A stretch of DNA of 64,000 bases, taken from contig OX597817.1 in the NCBI GenBank assembly GCA_951406725.2, forward strand, positions 142,910,001 to 142,974,000, written 5' to 3'. Numbering within the stretch: the stretch's first letter is position 1; every line of letters begins with the position of its first letter. The DNA comes from Octopus vulgaris (lineage: Eukaryota). The notes below the pieces were generated by a model. It saw only the letters and a list, made by a program, of their open reading frames with translations. It ran no database searches and was not told where the DNA came from. The position numbers and the translations under genes are program-made. Shown here in pieces: positions 14,317-30,591 of this stretch.

Positions 14317-14459
14317 AGTCACTGCTTGGAATCGACCTTGGAATCTTGGGGTTAGTAGCCCACGCTCTTAACCATTACGCCCACGGGTATATGGCCCAGT
14401 CGTTAAGAGTGCGGGCTACTAACCCCAAGATTCCGAGGTCGATTCCAAGCAGTGACCTG
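14315..14459. mobile_element. head-to-head palindromic dimer of a short tRNA-derived element with (TAA)n tails
   Basis: Arms about 14315-14373 and 14400-14459 are inverted copies (GTTAAGAG..GGGCTACTAACCCCAAGATTCC(G/A)AGGTCGATTCCAAGCAGTGAC); (TTA)n on the left, (TAA)n on the right. Confidence 0.75.
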
Positions 14460-14465
14460 AATAAT

Positions 14466-14504
<39 letters not shown>

Positions 14505-14507
<3 letters not shown>

Positions 14508-14947
14508 GCTCAATACCACAGATTTGCTTGTCAATTGTTTGACCTTAACCAGTTGAGCATGTCCCTTAGTGGCTGACAATGTGTACATCTCTGATCACGA
14601 GCAGAAGTAGTGGGGGAGCATCATAGCCATGTGTTGAGAGGGAATCTTTGGGGTTTTAATAATTCACCTCTGGAAACATGGGTGGTTCTTTCAACATCCT
14701 TAAACAACCCTTATTCAGGGACCTTTTGAGCGGGATGGGCTACTCAACCTGAAGAAAATTCTAACTGGGCCCCACCTGCAAGGTCATGTGCTGTTTATCT
14801 TGATATGAGATCACCATGTCGCGCACATATGGTTGTGATGCATGTGCCTGGTGTACCTTTATCAGACGGGTAGTCATGATGGGTATATTGGGCTTCGTAT
14901 ATTTTACCCCAGTGTCACTTTGATGGCATGCACTGCTCTCTCACTCA
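14505..14947 (+). mobile_element. unclassified insertion embedded in (AAT)n, probable retroposon 3' region
   Basis: Complex, more GC-rich 440 bp block bounded on both sides by (AAT)n, the longer tract on the 3' side. Confidence 0.35.
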
Positions 14948-14970
14948 ATAATAATAATAATAACAATAAA

Positions 14971-15077
<107 letters not shown>

Positions 15078-15124
15078 TGATGATGATAATGATAATATGG
15101 AACCCAGGTTCGAAATTTCCTCAA

Positions 15125-15170
15125 GACACCTGATGAAGGCTGGTTGGTATTTCAGCCGAAACGTTGTGTT
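15125..15170 (+). ncRNA. minimal type I hammerhead ribozyme (Penelope-like element type)
   Basis: Stem I GACAC/GTGTT, core CTGATGA+A, stem II GGCTG/CAGCC, GAAA, palindromic mini stem III (AACGTT), GUU triplet. Confidence 0.8.
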
Positions 15171-15224
15171 AATAACAAATAAGATGAGGACAAATATCTG
15201 CCAAATGTAAATCATGTAAATAAA

Positions 15225-15445
15225 GTACCTGGTCTTAACAAGTCGGCCAATTTTCTGAAACGCTTTTCCTCTTTCGCAGTCACAATTGACTTTTGTTTTT
15301 TTTATACTTTTCTTCTGGTGAAGTATTTGCGTTCGAAACGTTCAGACTTTTTCCTCTTTTAAGCGTTAAACTTATACAACATTTGTTAAAACTTTTCGTT
15401 CCTTCAGTTGTATTTCTTTCCTTTTGTTGTAACTCATTCTCTCTA
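15225..15445 (+). mobile_element. diverged relative of family D
   Basis: CTGGTGAA...TTCGAAACGTT followed by GACTTTTTCC..AGCGTTAAACT, as in the family D copies. Confidence 0.45.
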
Positions 15446-15636
15446 TCTACGCACACATATACATACATACGGACGTACATACATACATAAAATAAATACA
15501 TACACACACAGATATATATATGCGTGTATATATACATATATATATATATATATACATAGATATACATATATTACAGTACATACATATATTCTTTTATTTA
15601 TATACATATATGTATATATATATATATGTGTGTGTG

Positions 15637-15712
<76 letters not shown>

Positions 15713-16021
15713 TGTATAATGTCATTCTACCGTCAGGAAGTAGAAACCTTTTTATCGTGAACATTTATATTATCTGTGTTCAAATTTGTCACAGCCAAAT
15801 TAATGTAATAAATATATTTCCCCATTCTATGTTTGCAATACAATAAAAACACTTTCCTTAATTCATTTTGCATTCCTCTATTAATAGACATTTTTTTCTA
15901 TGTCAAATAAACACAACGAAAAGAATGGCGGCGGCGAAGGCGTTGAATAAATTGCCATCTATGAATGAACATACTAAGCGTGTGCGTGTGCGTACGTGTG
16001 CTTTTATCTGTATTTTATCTG

Positions 16022-16110
<89 letters not shown>

Positions 16111-16111
16111 G

Positions 16112-16142
<31 letters not shown>

Positions 16143-16232
16143 TATGACGTTTATATTTTGTATGATTTTCGTTCTATTTAATCTTATGTCTTTCCTCCAT
16201 TTATATATATTTATGTATGTATATATATATAA

Positions 16233-16278
<46 letters not shown>

Positions 16279-16869
16279 CTGTACACACACACACACATAT
16301 ATATATATGTATGTATGTATGTATGTACGTACGTATGTATGTGTGTGTATATGCATGCATGTACGAATGTGTTTGTTTCCGTTCTATGGACATTACTCTT
16401 ATATATTTCTGTTGGTCTTTTTGATATGAGAAATAAAGCGATTTTCATCGTTTTCAGCATCAATCAACGACAGCAACATATTATCATCATATTCATCATC
16501 ACTATCTTTATCGACATCATTAGCCACCAACATCATCATCACCACCACTACCATCATCTGCAATAACATCTTCATCATCAACACCAACAATAATATTACT
16601 AGCATCGGCAGCAGCAACTTCTTTATCATCTCGTAGATTTTTGCATATCAAATATATCTATCTGTATCGACACTTTACTAGCAAGACTTCCATTAACTCC
16701 AGTACGATATTTTTCTTAAATAGGTGACGAGAGTAGTTATAATACTCATACACGCCAGCAGCATTAAACCTTAACAGTAATTGCGTCGCTAATGTATTCA
16801 CTATATTACGGCAAGAAATTGTAATTGTAATTCATTTAAGTTATACTGTTAATGGCGAGAAGAAAAATC

Positions 16870-17150
16870 TGATACTCTGTCGGTTACGGCGACAAGTGTT
16901 GCAGTTGATCCGATCAACGGAAGCGCATGCTCTTGAAATTAACGTGTAATCGGTAGAGCATTCTACAGACACGCATGCCCTTAACACATTTCTCAAGAAG
17001 ATTCAGAGTGACCCCGACTGTGATGAGGCTAGCCCTTTGTAATTACGGGTACAACTCATTTTTGCCAGCTGAGTGAACTGGAGCAACGTGAAATAAAGTG
17101 TCTTGCTCAAGAACATACAATTGTTAGCCGATTACCTCTAACCACTAAGC
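16870..17150 (-). mobile_element. SINE family C variant
   Basis: GTCGGTTACGGCGAC..GTTGATCCGATCAAC is the reverse complement of the tail at 30040-30097; CTAACCACTAAGCC is a head remnant. Confidence 0.65.
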
Positions 17151-17369
17151 CTTCTCAGAATGATGAAACTAATCAGAGTGTAAATGATTAAATCTTCTCA
17201 ATAAAGACAAGGGAGACAACCCTGATATTTTACAGTTATTTTATTTGATTAAGCAAATAATACAGAGAAAATGAAATTTCCCGTCGTAATTTTAGATACA
17301 GAGGAATTTAGAAATTGAAAGTTCAACCACAATAATTGGTTTTTTGGCTCTCTTGGAGAGCAGAAACAT

Positions 17370-17781
17370 AAGACAGCGAACTGGCAGAAACGTTAGCACG
17401 CCAGGCGAAATGCTTAGGGGTATTTTGTCTGGCGTTCTGAGTTCAAATTCCGCCGAGGGCGACTTTGCCTTTCATCCTTTCGGGGTCGATAAGTTAAGTA
17501 CCAGTTACGCACTGGGGGTCGATATAATCGACTTAATCCGTTTTTCTGTCATTGTTTGTCCCCTCTGAGTTTAGCCCCTTGTGGGTAGTAAAGAAATAGG
17601 TATTTCGTCTGCCGTACGTTCTGAGTTCAAATTCCGCCGAAGTCGACTTTGCCTTTCATCCTTTCGGGGTTGATAGATTAAGTATCAGTTGCCCACTGGG
17701 GTCGATGTAATCAACTTAATCCCTTTGTTTGTCCTTGTTTATCACCTCTATGTTTAGCCCCTTGTAGGCAATAAAGAAATA
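17370..17781 (+). mobile_element. SINE family A head-to-tail dimer (tail 1)
   Basis: Full unit, junction GTAAAGAAATA|GGTATTTCGTCTGCC at about 17598, second unit ending GCAATAAAGAAATA. Confidence 0.85.
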
Positions 17782-18320
17782 ACAAAGATGTCTGGTCGGA
17801 GAGATTCAACTGTTACCTCCTTTGGAAAGACAAGTCGGCTCTTCAGATACAGTTGCATTTCTCAGTCTATGGCTGGATGCAAGAAAGAAACCGGATATCA
17901 ACTGTTACTTTTGTCTTGGGGGCATTGTCACCTTCCCTAGATAACTTGATGCCCTTGGCTGGTCATTGTGGTTGACTGTTAGCCTTAACACATTGTGTGT
18001 CTGTCCACTTGGCGATTTCTGCAAGGACCTAGTCATGCTTCCACATGTATTGACCGTCTTCCAGTACCCTAATGCATCCGGTGAAAATGCAGTTCGGGGT
18101 GCAAAGAGTTGCTCCACGCTGCATGCAGGATGGGTTTTCCTCTTTTCTCCATCTTTTCGAGTCATTTGAGGCTGGCGAGAGATCAGCGGCACCAAGCAGG
18201 GGAGAGGAGGATTTTCCCTTCTCAGTTTTCCAAAGATATGTTACCCATCAGAATTTCTTCATATATGTAGATCTTTGTAAGCAGATGAGCTTTTAACCCA
18301 ACTTATGTGAGTTTTGATAG
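17782..18320 (-). pseudogene. HERO/NeSL-like non-LTR retrotransposon fragment (zinc knuckle and start of restriction-like endonuclease)
   Basis: Minus strand translates to ..GCIRVLEDGQYMWKHD*VLAEIA.. (RYxWRHDxVL-like) and D*EMQLYLKSRLVFPKEVTVESLRPDIF (LRPDI motif), with stops and frameshifts. Confidence 0.7.
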
Positions 18321-18329
18321 TAAAGAGAA

Positions 18330-18880
18330 AGCCTTTGCTTATTAGAGGCTGCTAGAATAGATTCGAAGTTGGGTGGGGTAGAATAAGATAGTTTGAGGGT
18401 AGATCGATTAAAGATAGAATGATATTTATGTTGCCGAGAGAAGTTAGCCTAGTATTTTAAAGAATGATTTAGCTAAGTTCTAAACGTTAAGTGAGAATGC
18501 GGGTATGTACCACAGAAAAGAGCGTCCATCGCTTTTTTAGGGTGTCTGAGAGTAGTGCTATAGAAGTTTTTAGATAAAGGAGTGCTATCTATATTTTTGG
18601 AGAATGTATGTAGGTAGCGAGGCCTGTTGTTGTTAGCTGTTTTAGTTGCTTTAGTTTTTGACCTAGTGTTAAATGAATGTGGGGGGTGTCTAGGTTGTTT
18701 AGGTGTAAGACCTTCTAGGGTTCCATTGATGAGTGTGTGTGTGGTTGGTTGCGATTGTGATGGTTGATGCGTGTTTGATATGTGATTTGAGATATATATT
18801 GTTTGAACCTGGTGTTATGGATGTATTCTATTTGTTGGGAAAAGCCGTTAGCGGCGGGTGCTTGATTGTAATATGGTACG
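18330..18880 (-). pseudogene. Penelope-like element fragment (RT-endonuclease linker region)
   Basis: Minus strand gives RSFLWYIPAFSLNV*NLAKSFFKIL and NFSRQHKYHSIFNRSTLKLSYSTPPNFESILAASNK, matching the PLE motifs IIWFNPPFS..NIGK.FL and KIFNRNTVKVSYS. Confidence 0.7.
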
Positions 18881-19027
18881 TGATTGTTTTATTTATATAT
18901 ATATATATACACAGAGGCATGTATATACGTATATTCGTAGGCGTAGGAGTGGCTGTGTGGTAAGTAGCTTGCTTACCAACCATATGGCTCCGGGTTCAGT
19001 CCCACTGCGTGAGACCTTGGGATATGT

Positions 19028-19070
<43 letters not shown>

Positions 19071-19074
<4 letters not shown>

Positions 19075-20022
19075 ATGTGCCTTCAATGGCACAACAATTC
19101 ACTATAATAATAACAATGGACTATAATAACTGTTATAATTCAATCATCTATAGTCTGATATATTTCGGAATATAAAAATTCCTTCTTCAGTTATCCATAG
19201 GAATCGTTCGAGTCACTGATATAATCGGTTTTCCAACGGTTTTTTTTTTTTCAGAAGCGTTTCTGCAGTGGTCTCTCGAAGTTCCTTCCAGAATTCCTTA
19301 TGAGAAGTGCGTGAGTGTGGCAATGTCTCAAAGCTTGCGTATGCTGGCACATCCATAACGCTGTTTCTAATATATGTATTATACGAACAGCTTCCTTTCT
19401 TTCTTTCTTTCTTTTTATAAATAATACATGAGTATGTTATCAAAAATGAACTTACACGCATCCAGATGTAGCTATTGATTGCCAACCTCCAGCTTGTTGT
19501 TAATGGGGACCCTAGTCGTCTATAAAGATAGCTTCCTTAATTCTTAGATAACTCCAATTTCTTTCATTGGCCTCGGTTGTGACTTATGCTTTTGTCAATG
19601 TTCCGGTGTCTCTCTAGATGTTTTCTGAAGAAAGAGGCTCTCGTGTTCAGATGTTCATTGATACAAATGTGTAACGATCTTGTTGTGCTACCCACATAGA
19701 ACTTGTTGCATTTGTTATATTTTATTCTATACACAGCATTTACCCGTTGGCATAAATCTGTGTCACAGATGGGGCAGTTTGCTAGTGTGCATTGATTGCT
19801 GTCCCTTGCTCGTTTCTTTACGAAGTGTCTTCTCAGAGAGGGCTAGTTGTATGTCTAGTCTGTGTCTTCGTATGGCTCTTCGTATGGCTCTTCGGATGGC
19901 TGTAGTTATCCTCTCGCTAAAATGAGGTATTTTAAGGAAGCATGTGTTGCATATCAGACTATGAATGATTAAATTATAACAGTTATTATAGTGCATTGTT
20001 GTGCTATTTAAGACACATTATA
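19071..20022 (-). mobile_element. 5'-truncated Penelope-like element: GIY-YIG endonuclease remnant, 3' pLTR with hammerhead, inverted pLTR segment at 5' end
   Basis: Minus strand 19490-19930 encodes CTLANCPICDTDLCQRVNAVYRIKYNKCNKFYVGSTTRSLHICINEH..LRIKEAIFI (GIY-YIG); 19071-19161 and 19951-20022 are inverted copies. Confidence 0.8.
19155..19194 (-). ncRNA. minimal type I hammerhead ribozyme in a PLE pLTR
   Basis: Reverse complement: ATAA-CTGAAGA-A-GGAAT-ttttat-ATTCC-GAAA-TA-TA-TCAG. Core and stem II are intact; stem I is degraded. Confidence 0.65.
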
Positions 20023-21339
20023 TTTTACAAATAGCACACAATGCTTCAAGCGAACTACAATACTCTCATATATATATATATATATATATAAGTTGGTGCT
20101 CCAGCATGACCGCAGTCAAAATGAGTGAAACAAATAAAAGAGTAAAAGAATAAAAGAATATATATATATACACACACATCCAGATATATATAGACATAAG
20201 GATACATACATGTATGCATACACATACATATACACGCGCGTCTGTGTGCGTACACATACATATATATATATATACACTCATGCACATACAAACACATGCA
20301 TATACTTGATACTTTCATTGTTGTTTTCTTGACTGTTAACCCTATGTTTCTGAGCCTAGCCATTTCTGGCGTCCTACATGTTGATGTGCCTAGATTCTAT
20401 TGAAACTTATAACTGATCGATGGTGGGTGAGGATTTTACTCACCCTCCTTCTGCTTGCCCCTTTCCTACCCCTTTTTCCCCCTCCTCCCCCTTCTTTCAC
20501 CTCTGTGCGTTTGTGAAAGCAACTCTTTTCGCATGAATAAACACACAAGCCGGGTAACTTGTTTTAGCAACATATATATGTATGTGTTTGTATGTGTGTA
20601 TATGTGTGTGTGTCTGCACGCACACTCATATATGTATATGTATATAAGTATTTATATATACACTTATATATTTTATACGCGTATACACATATTTATATAT
20701 ACATACACACACTCACATTTGTGTGGAGGGTGGCCATTTTGTTTGTGTCTATATTTTGCTTAAAAACACTTTAAACCGAATTTTTACTGAATCTCATTTG
20801 CATTTTTATTTCCTTTTATTTATAGTTTTTTTATACATCTATTTATTCATTTATTTATATATTTTCAGTTCATTTCATTCCTCTAGTTTTATTTACTTGT
20901 TTGCAGTCAGATGACTTGTGGATCAATTGATTCTCAGGGTAGATGCTTTGCCTTATTGACAGGCCTGTTAACTGTCTAACCGGCTTGCGGGCTGGCGAGC
21001 TGGCTGGCAGGCTGGCTGGTTTGCGGTCTGGCTGGTTAACCGACTGGCTGGTCGGATAGTCGGATGGTCGGATGGTCGGATGGTTGTGTAGATTCGCTGT
21101 CTTATTGGTTGGCCGGTTGACCTAATGGTTGATCCTATGCCTGACTGGTAATTTCGTTGATTAACTGGTGGAGCGAAGTTAGATGCCTGCCTGCTTATAT
21201 GGCCGTCTTGGCAATTTCTTACTCTCCTATTTCTTTTCCTTTTTTTTTTTCTTATTCTTGCTCAATTTTACAATATTACTTTTATCTCCACGCTACCCCC
21301 ACCAGCTCATCCAACAAGATAACCATATATCATTTCCTC

Positions 21340-25270
<3,931 letters not shown>

Positions 25271-25544
25271 CTACCACCACTGCTCTTGTCTCTTTCTACC
25301 AATTTATTTAAGGTAAAATTTAGATTATCTTTCATGCTTTTTTTTTTAATTCATTCTTACCAATTTTTCATCTTCACTATTTTCCATCTTTATGCAAGAA
25401 TCTCTTTGCAATATTTTCTTTTTTCTTTTTTCCTTTCGTTTAGGGTTTCTCTCTTCTTCAAAATTACTTCATAAATCCACCATCTTAAGATTACCATAGT
25501 CTGTCGGCTTCTGTAAGCATCTATCTCTACATCTCTTTCTCTTG

Positions 25545-25577
<33 letters not shown>

Positions 25578-25599
25578 ACTCTTTCTGTGTGTATGTGTG

Positions 25600-25630
<31 letters not shown>

Positions 25631-25872
25631 ATGTGTGTGTGTGTGTGTGTATGTATGTGTGTGTGTCTGTGTCCTGTGTCTGTGTGTGTGTCTCTATGTG
25701 TGTATATACATATATATAAGTAAATAAATGGAGCTGAACGCAGATGCTATTCAAATTCTTTTACTTTCGACATATGTTTCGAAGACAACATTGGTTTTAT
25801 TCCAAAGGAATAAACGGTGTAAAATGCAATCTTCTCATCAGGACATTATAACAAAGGATAATTCATTCATCC

Positions 25873-25938
<66 letters not shown>

Positions 25939-26124
25939 GTTACGGAATGAAGTACGGGAAATCCAGGCTACATATCTTTCGTAGCGAACGGAACGTCAGA
26001 AGTAGTAAAATCCAACTGAGGTGTATACCGCTGGCTATTCTTCAGGTCAAAGATATCTTGATTAGATTAAAGGTTACATTGTGGCAAAGTGGTACTTGTT
26101 TGTCTCACCTGTTGGACTGTTTTC

Positions 26125-26417
26125 CTAGTTGTTGGCCCATTTGGTGTATAAGGGACTTCGAGCCCGCTGCCCTCGTCTGCGCCTCATGTTCGGCTGTTGG
26201 TTCATCCGGTATTGTGGAGAGGAGGATGTCTAGTTCCTTTTTGAAGACATCTACTTCCACATTATGCAGGTTTCTTAATTTTTGTGGCAGGACATTGAAA
26301 AGTTCTGGGCCGTTTAACCCTAGACTATTGCAGTGCCTGTTGCTGAACTTAGATGTTACTTTTAGTACAATACAATGGCGGCCAGTTCTGGTATTTGTGT
26401 AACATTCAATGCCGAAA
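26125..26417 (-). pseudogene. CR1/L2-group LINE ORF2 C-terminal fragment
   Basis: FGIECYTNTRTGRHC..CNSLGLNGPELFNVLPQKLRNLHNVEVDVFKKELDILLSTIPDEPT is homologous to 62904-63200. Confidence 0.8.
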
Positions 26418-26861
26418 TATACATATACATGGAAATATAGATATTATTAAAATGTTTATATATGTATATTGTACATTTTGATTCCATGTATTATCATGGA
26501 CCAGTAAATAAAATATATTTTTATGTAGTAAATATATAGATCTTGAATTTATTCTTTCACCTCTTTATGAACTATTGTAATATACACGCGCCACATCAAC
26601 ACCTTGTACTGACTATATATTTCCAGTGCAGATCCATAGGCAATAAATGATTGAGAACTACTGACCTAGCAAGTCGTCCGCCCAGCTGGAAATAGCAGGC
26701 AAATTCCACTATCATAAGATTTTACAGTTTTTAATAGAAGGGTACATTAGATAATACAATCTCGAACACATTATGCTTGAATAAGAGTCGGGTAGAATAA
26801 ATACTTTGGAAGGTCGTTGATTATCGGTCGATTACCTGGGTGCAGTGGTCAAATAGACTCA

Positions 26862-27017
26862 AGCGTGGCTCTGTGATAAGAAGCTTGCATCCCAACCACA
26901 AGGTTCCGGGTGCAGTCCCACTGCGTGGCGCCTTGGGCTAGTGTCTTCTGCTATAGCCTCAGGCCAAGCAAAGCCTTGTAAGTTGGTTTAGTGGACAGAA
27001 ACCGAAAGAAGCCTGTC

Positions 27018-27051
<34 letters not shown>

Positions 27052-27365
27052 ACAGACGCAAAAACACACTCACATGTACATACATACATACATACATACA
27101 TACATACATACATACATACATACATACATACATACATAAATACATACATACATATGTCCGTGTTTGTCCCCCAACATCGCTTGACAACTGGTGCTGGTGT
27201 GTTTACGTACTCGTAACCTAGCGGTTTGACAAAAAATACCGATAGAATAAGTACCAAGCTAAAAGGAAAGTAGGTACCGGCATCGATCGATCTGACTAAA
27301 AAGAAATCTTCAAGTTGGTGCTCCAGCATGGCCGCAGTAAAATAACTAAAACAAGTAAAAGATGA
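26862..27365 (+). mobile_element. SINE family B, full length, with expanded internal microsatellite
   Basis: Head, CORE-like segment, (TA)n/(TACA)n insert and GGTGCTCCAGCATGGCCGCAG tail. Confidence 0.8.
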
Positions 27366-28004
27366 AAGACAAAGACAGACTTGTATATAATTAATTATAA
27401 TATATGCAGGGTCCCCTTGAAGCTATATACATACTCTCTAAGCAGGTGGTTACAATTTCTTCACGTAAGTAATGGTTTACGGTTTTTATCATCAGGTTTT
27501 CTGACACCACTTCCGGGTCAGTGGAAATTTTAGCAAAAGACTTTGCATTTCTATGGTGCTGTCCTTATCAATTACTATACTGTTCTCATTTCTCTGGTCT
27601 TTCCCTCCGTTTCCCCGTCAGACTTGAAAATCTTACGACAATTGTCGTTCTTGAAGTGACTTTCAAACAGTTGTATTTCGTCTTCTACGTTAGATTTCTT
27701 TCTCTTCTTTTTATTTTGACTGCTGTTTGACGGCTTCCTTCAGTAATTGCTTCGTTCAGGTTTGATAATTTTGTCTGCTTTGTTCAATATGTCCGTTCTA
27801 GTTGTTCGCCTTTATTCGCAGCTTTTCTATCTTAGAAATTTATTGTGTCACTTGTTTTCGAGCTATCAAGTCGAGGTTTTCTTCTATATACCCGCATATA
27901 TGCATGTGCGTGAGTACGTATGTGTAAATAAATGTGTATGTATATCTATTAACCTCTCCCTCTCTCTTTCTTTCTTTCTTTCTTTCTTTCTTACTCTATC
28001 TCGC

Positions 28005-28059
<55 letters not shown>

Positions 28060-28063
28060 TATA

Positions 28064-28312
28064 TGGAGGCGCAATGGCCTAGTGGTTAGGGCACAGTTTC
28101 GATTCCCAGACCGGCCGTTGTGAGTGTTTATTGAGCGAAAACACCTAAAAAGCTCCACGAGGCTCCGGCAGGGGGTGATGATCCCTGTTGTACTCTTTCA
28201 CCACTCTTTCTCCCACTCTTTCTTCTGTTGCTCTGCTCGCTTAGCCAGCGGGGTGGCGTCATTCGAAGGCTAAAACAATGCGAACATCTGATGGTCTGGT
28301 CGGTCACGTGAT
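28064..28312 (+). mobile_element. SINE family C copy
   Basis: GGAGGCGCAATGGCCTAGTGGTTAGGGC A-box, GTTTCGATTCCC B-box. Confidence 0.8.
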
Positions 28313-28427
28313 ATATATAAGATTAAGATTAATGTAAGAAATAAATATCACTGAAGCAAAATAACACCAAATATATAGTCCGTGTGTTTTTATTGGCTAA
28401 ACTGGCAATATGACCATTCCTAAATAT

Positions 28428-29225
<798 letters not shown>

Positions 29226-29615
29226 GTGTATATGTATATAAGTGTATGTGTGTATGTGTGTGTGTGTGTGAGTGTGCGTACGTATGTGTGTGCGTATATG
29301 TGGATTCAGAGGATTGTGTAGCTTTCACAAGAAGACCCTCTCATGGACTCTGCTATCAGTCCACAAAGTGATCAATTACAAAGAAGTGTAATGTAGAGTG
29401 ACCGTGTAAATTGGAAATCCAGAAACTTTGAAAGATAAAATTATTTCATGAAGAGTATTTAAAGAATAAAATCTGGTATTATGAGAGGTAAATATATATG
29501 ACAGCATCAGTATATATATATATATATATATATATTTAACCATGTGACCTTCATAAGGATTACATCTGCTTCGCGACGTTCAACATGTAGTTTTAATTTC
29601 CGTATGGAAACCCAT

Positions 29616-30097
29616 GGAGGCGCAATGGCCCAGTGGTTAGGGCAGCGGACTCGCGGTCTTAGGATCGCGGCTTCGATTCCCAGACCAGGTGTTGTGAGTG
29701 TTTATTGAGCGTAAACAGCTAAAGCTCCACGAGGCTCTGGCAGGGGGTAGTGGTGAACCCTGCTGTACTCTTTTGCCACAACTTTCTCTCACTCTTCCTT
29801 CTGTTGGCCTGCTCGCTTAGCCAGCGGGGTGGCGTCAATTGAAAGCTAAAACAATGCAAAGCGCATTGTGACCAGTGATGTCACCACAACTTTCTATCAC
29901 TCTTTCTTCCTGTTTCTCTTTTGCCTGTAATTCAAAGGGCCAGCCTTGTCACACTCTGTGTCACGCTGAATCTCACCGAAAACTACGTTAAGAGAACTGT
30001 GGAGTGCTCAGCCACTTGCACGTTAATTTCACGAGCAGGCTGTTCAGTTGATCGCATCAACTGGAACCCTCGTCGTCGTAACCGACGGAGTGCCAGA
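29616..30097 (+). mobile_element. SINE family C, chimeric with two 3' modules
   Basis: Full head; CCACAACTTTCT..CACTCTT occurs twice (about 29776 and 29884), each followed by a different tail; ends CGTCGTAACCGACGGAGTGCC. Confidence 0.75.
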
Positions 30098-30591
30098 CAT
30101 GGAAAAAATAATGCATTCATACTTGCATCAATATGTGTGTTCAGTATTAAACAATACAACTGTATATTCAAGGGTCAATGGAAATAAAGAAAGCTAGCTC
30201 ATCAGATCACTAGAACATCATCTTACATCAACAATTCAACTCTAAGTATACATATGTTTGATTAACCAGGTGGTGTTTTACAATAGTAGAAGTGTTTCAA
30301 TGCATGAGATGAGATACAGTGCTATATTGAAACTATCGTAACTTTATAAGGCATAAACATTTAATGAAAAAAATACTGACTCTACATCTGTTAAGTTTTG
30401 AGTACGCCCTTGAATTACAGCCTGATCGATCCACCCTCGAAACGGAAGCAAACGCAAATATATATATATATATGCACACACATACACACAAACATATACA
30501 TGTATATGTATATTAAAGTACATAAAATTCATAGGAATGTAAGTGTTCATGCATGTGTATGTACATATATGTATACGTATATGTATATATA

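Noticed and set aside
14385-14459. Functional tRNA gene
   Set aside because: The acceptor stem does not pair and the unit runs straight into (TAA)n; treated as a tRNA-derived repeat, as are the SINE heads.
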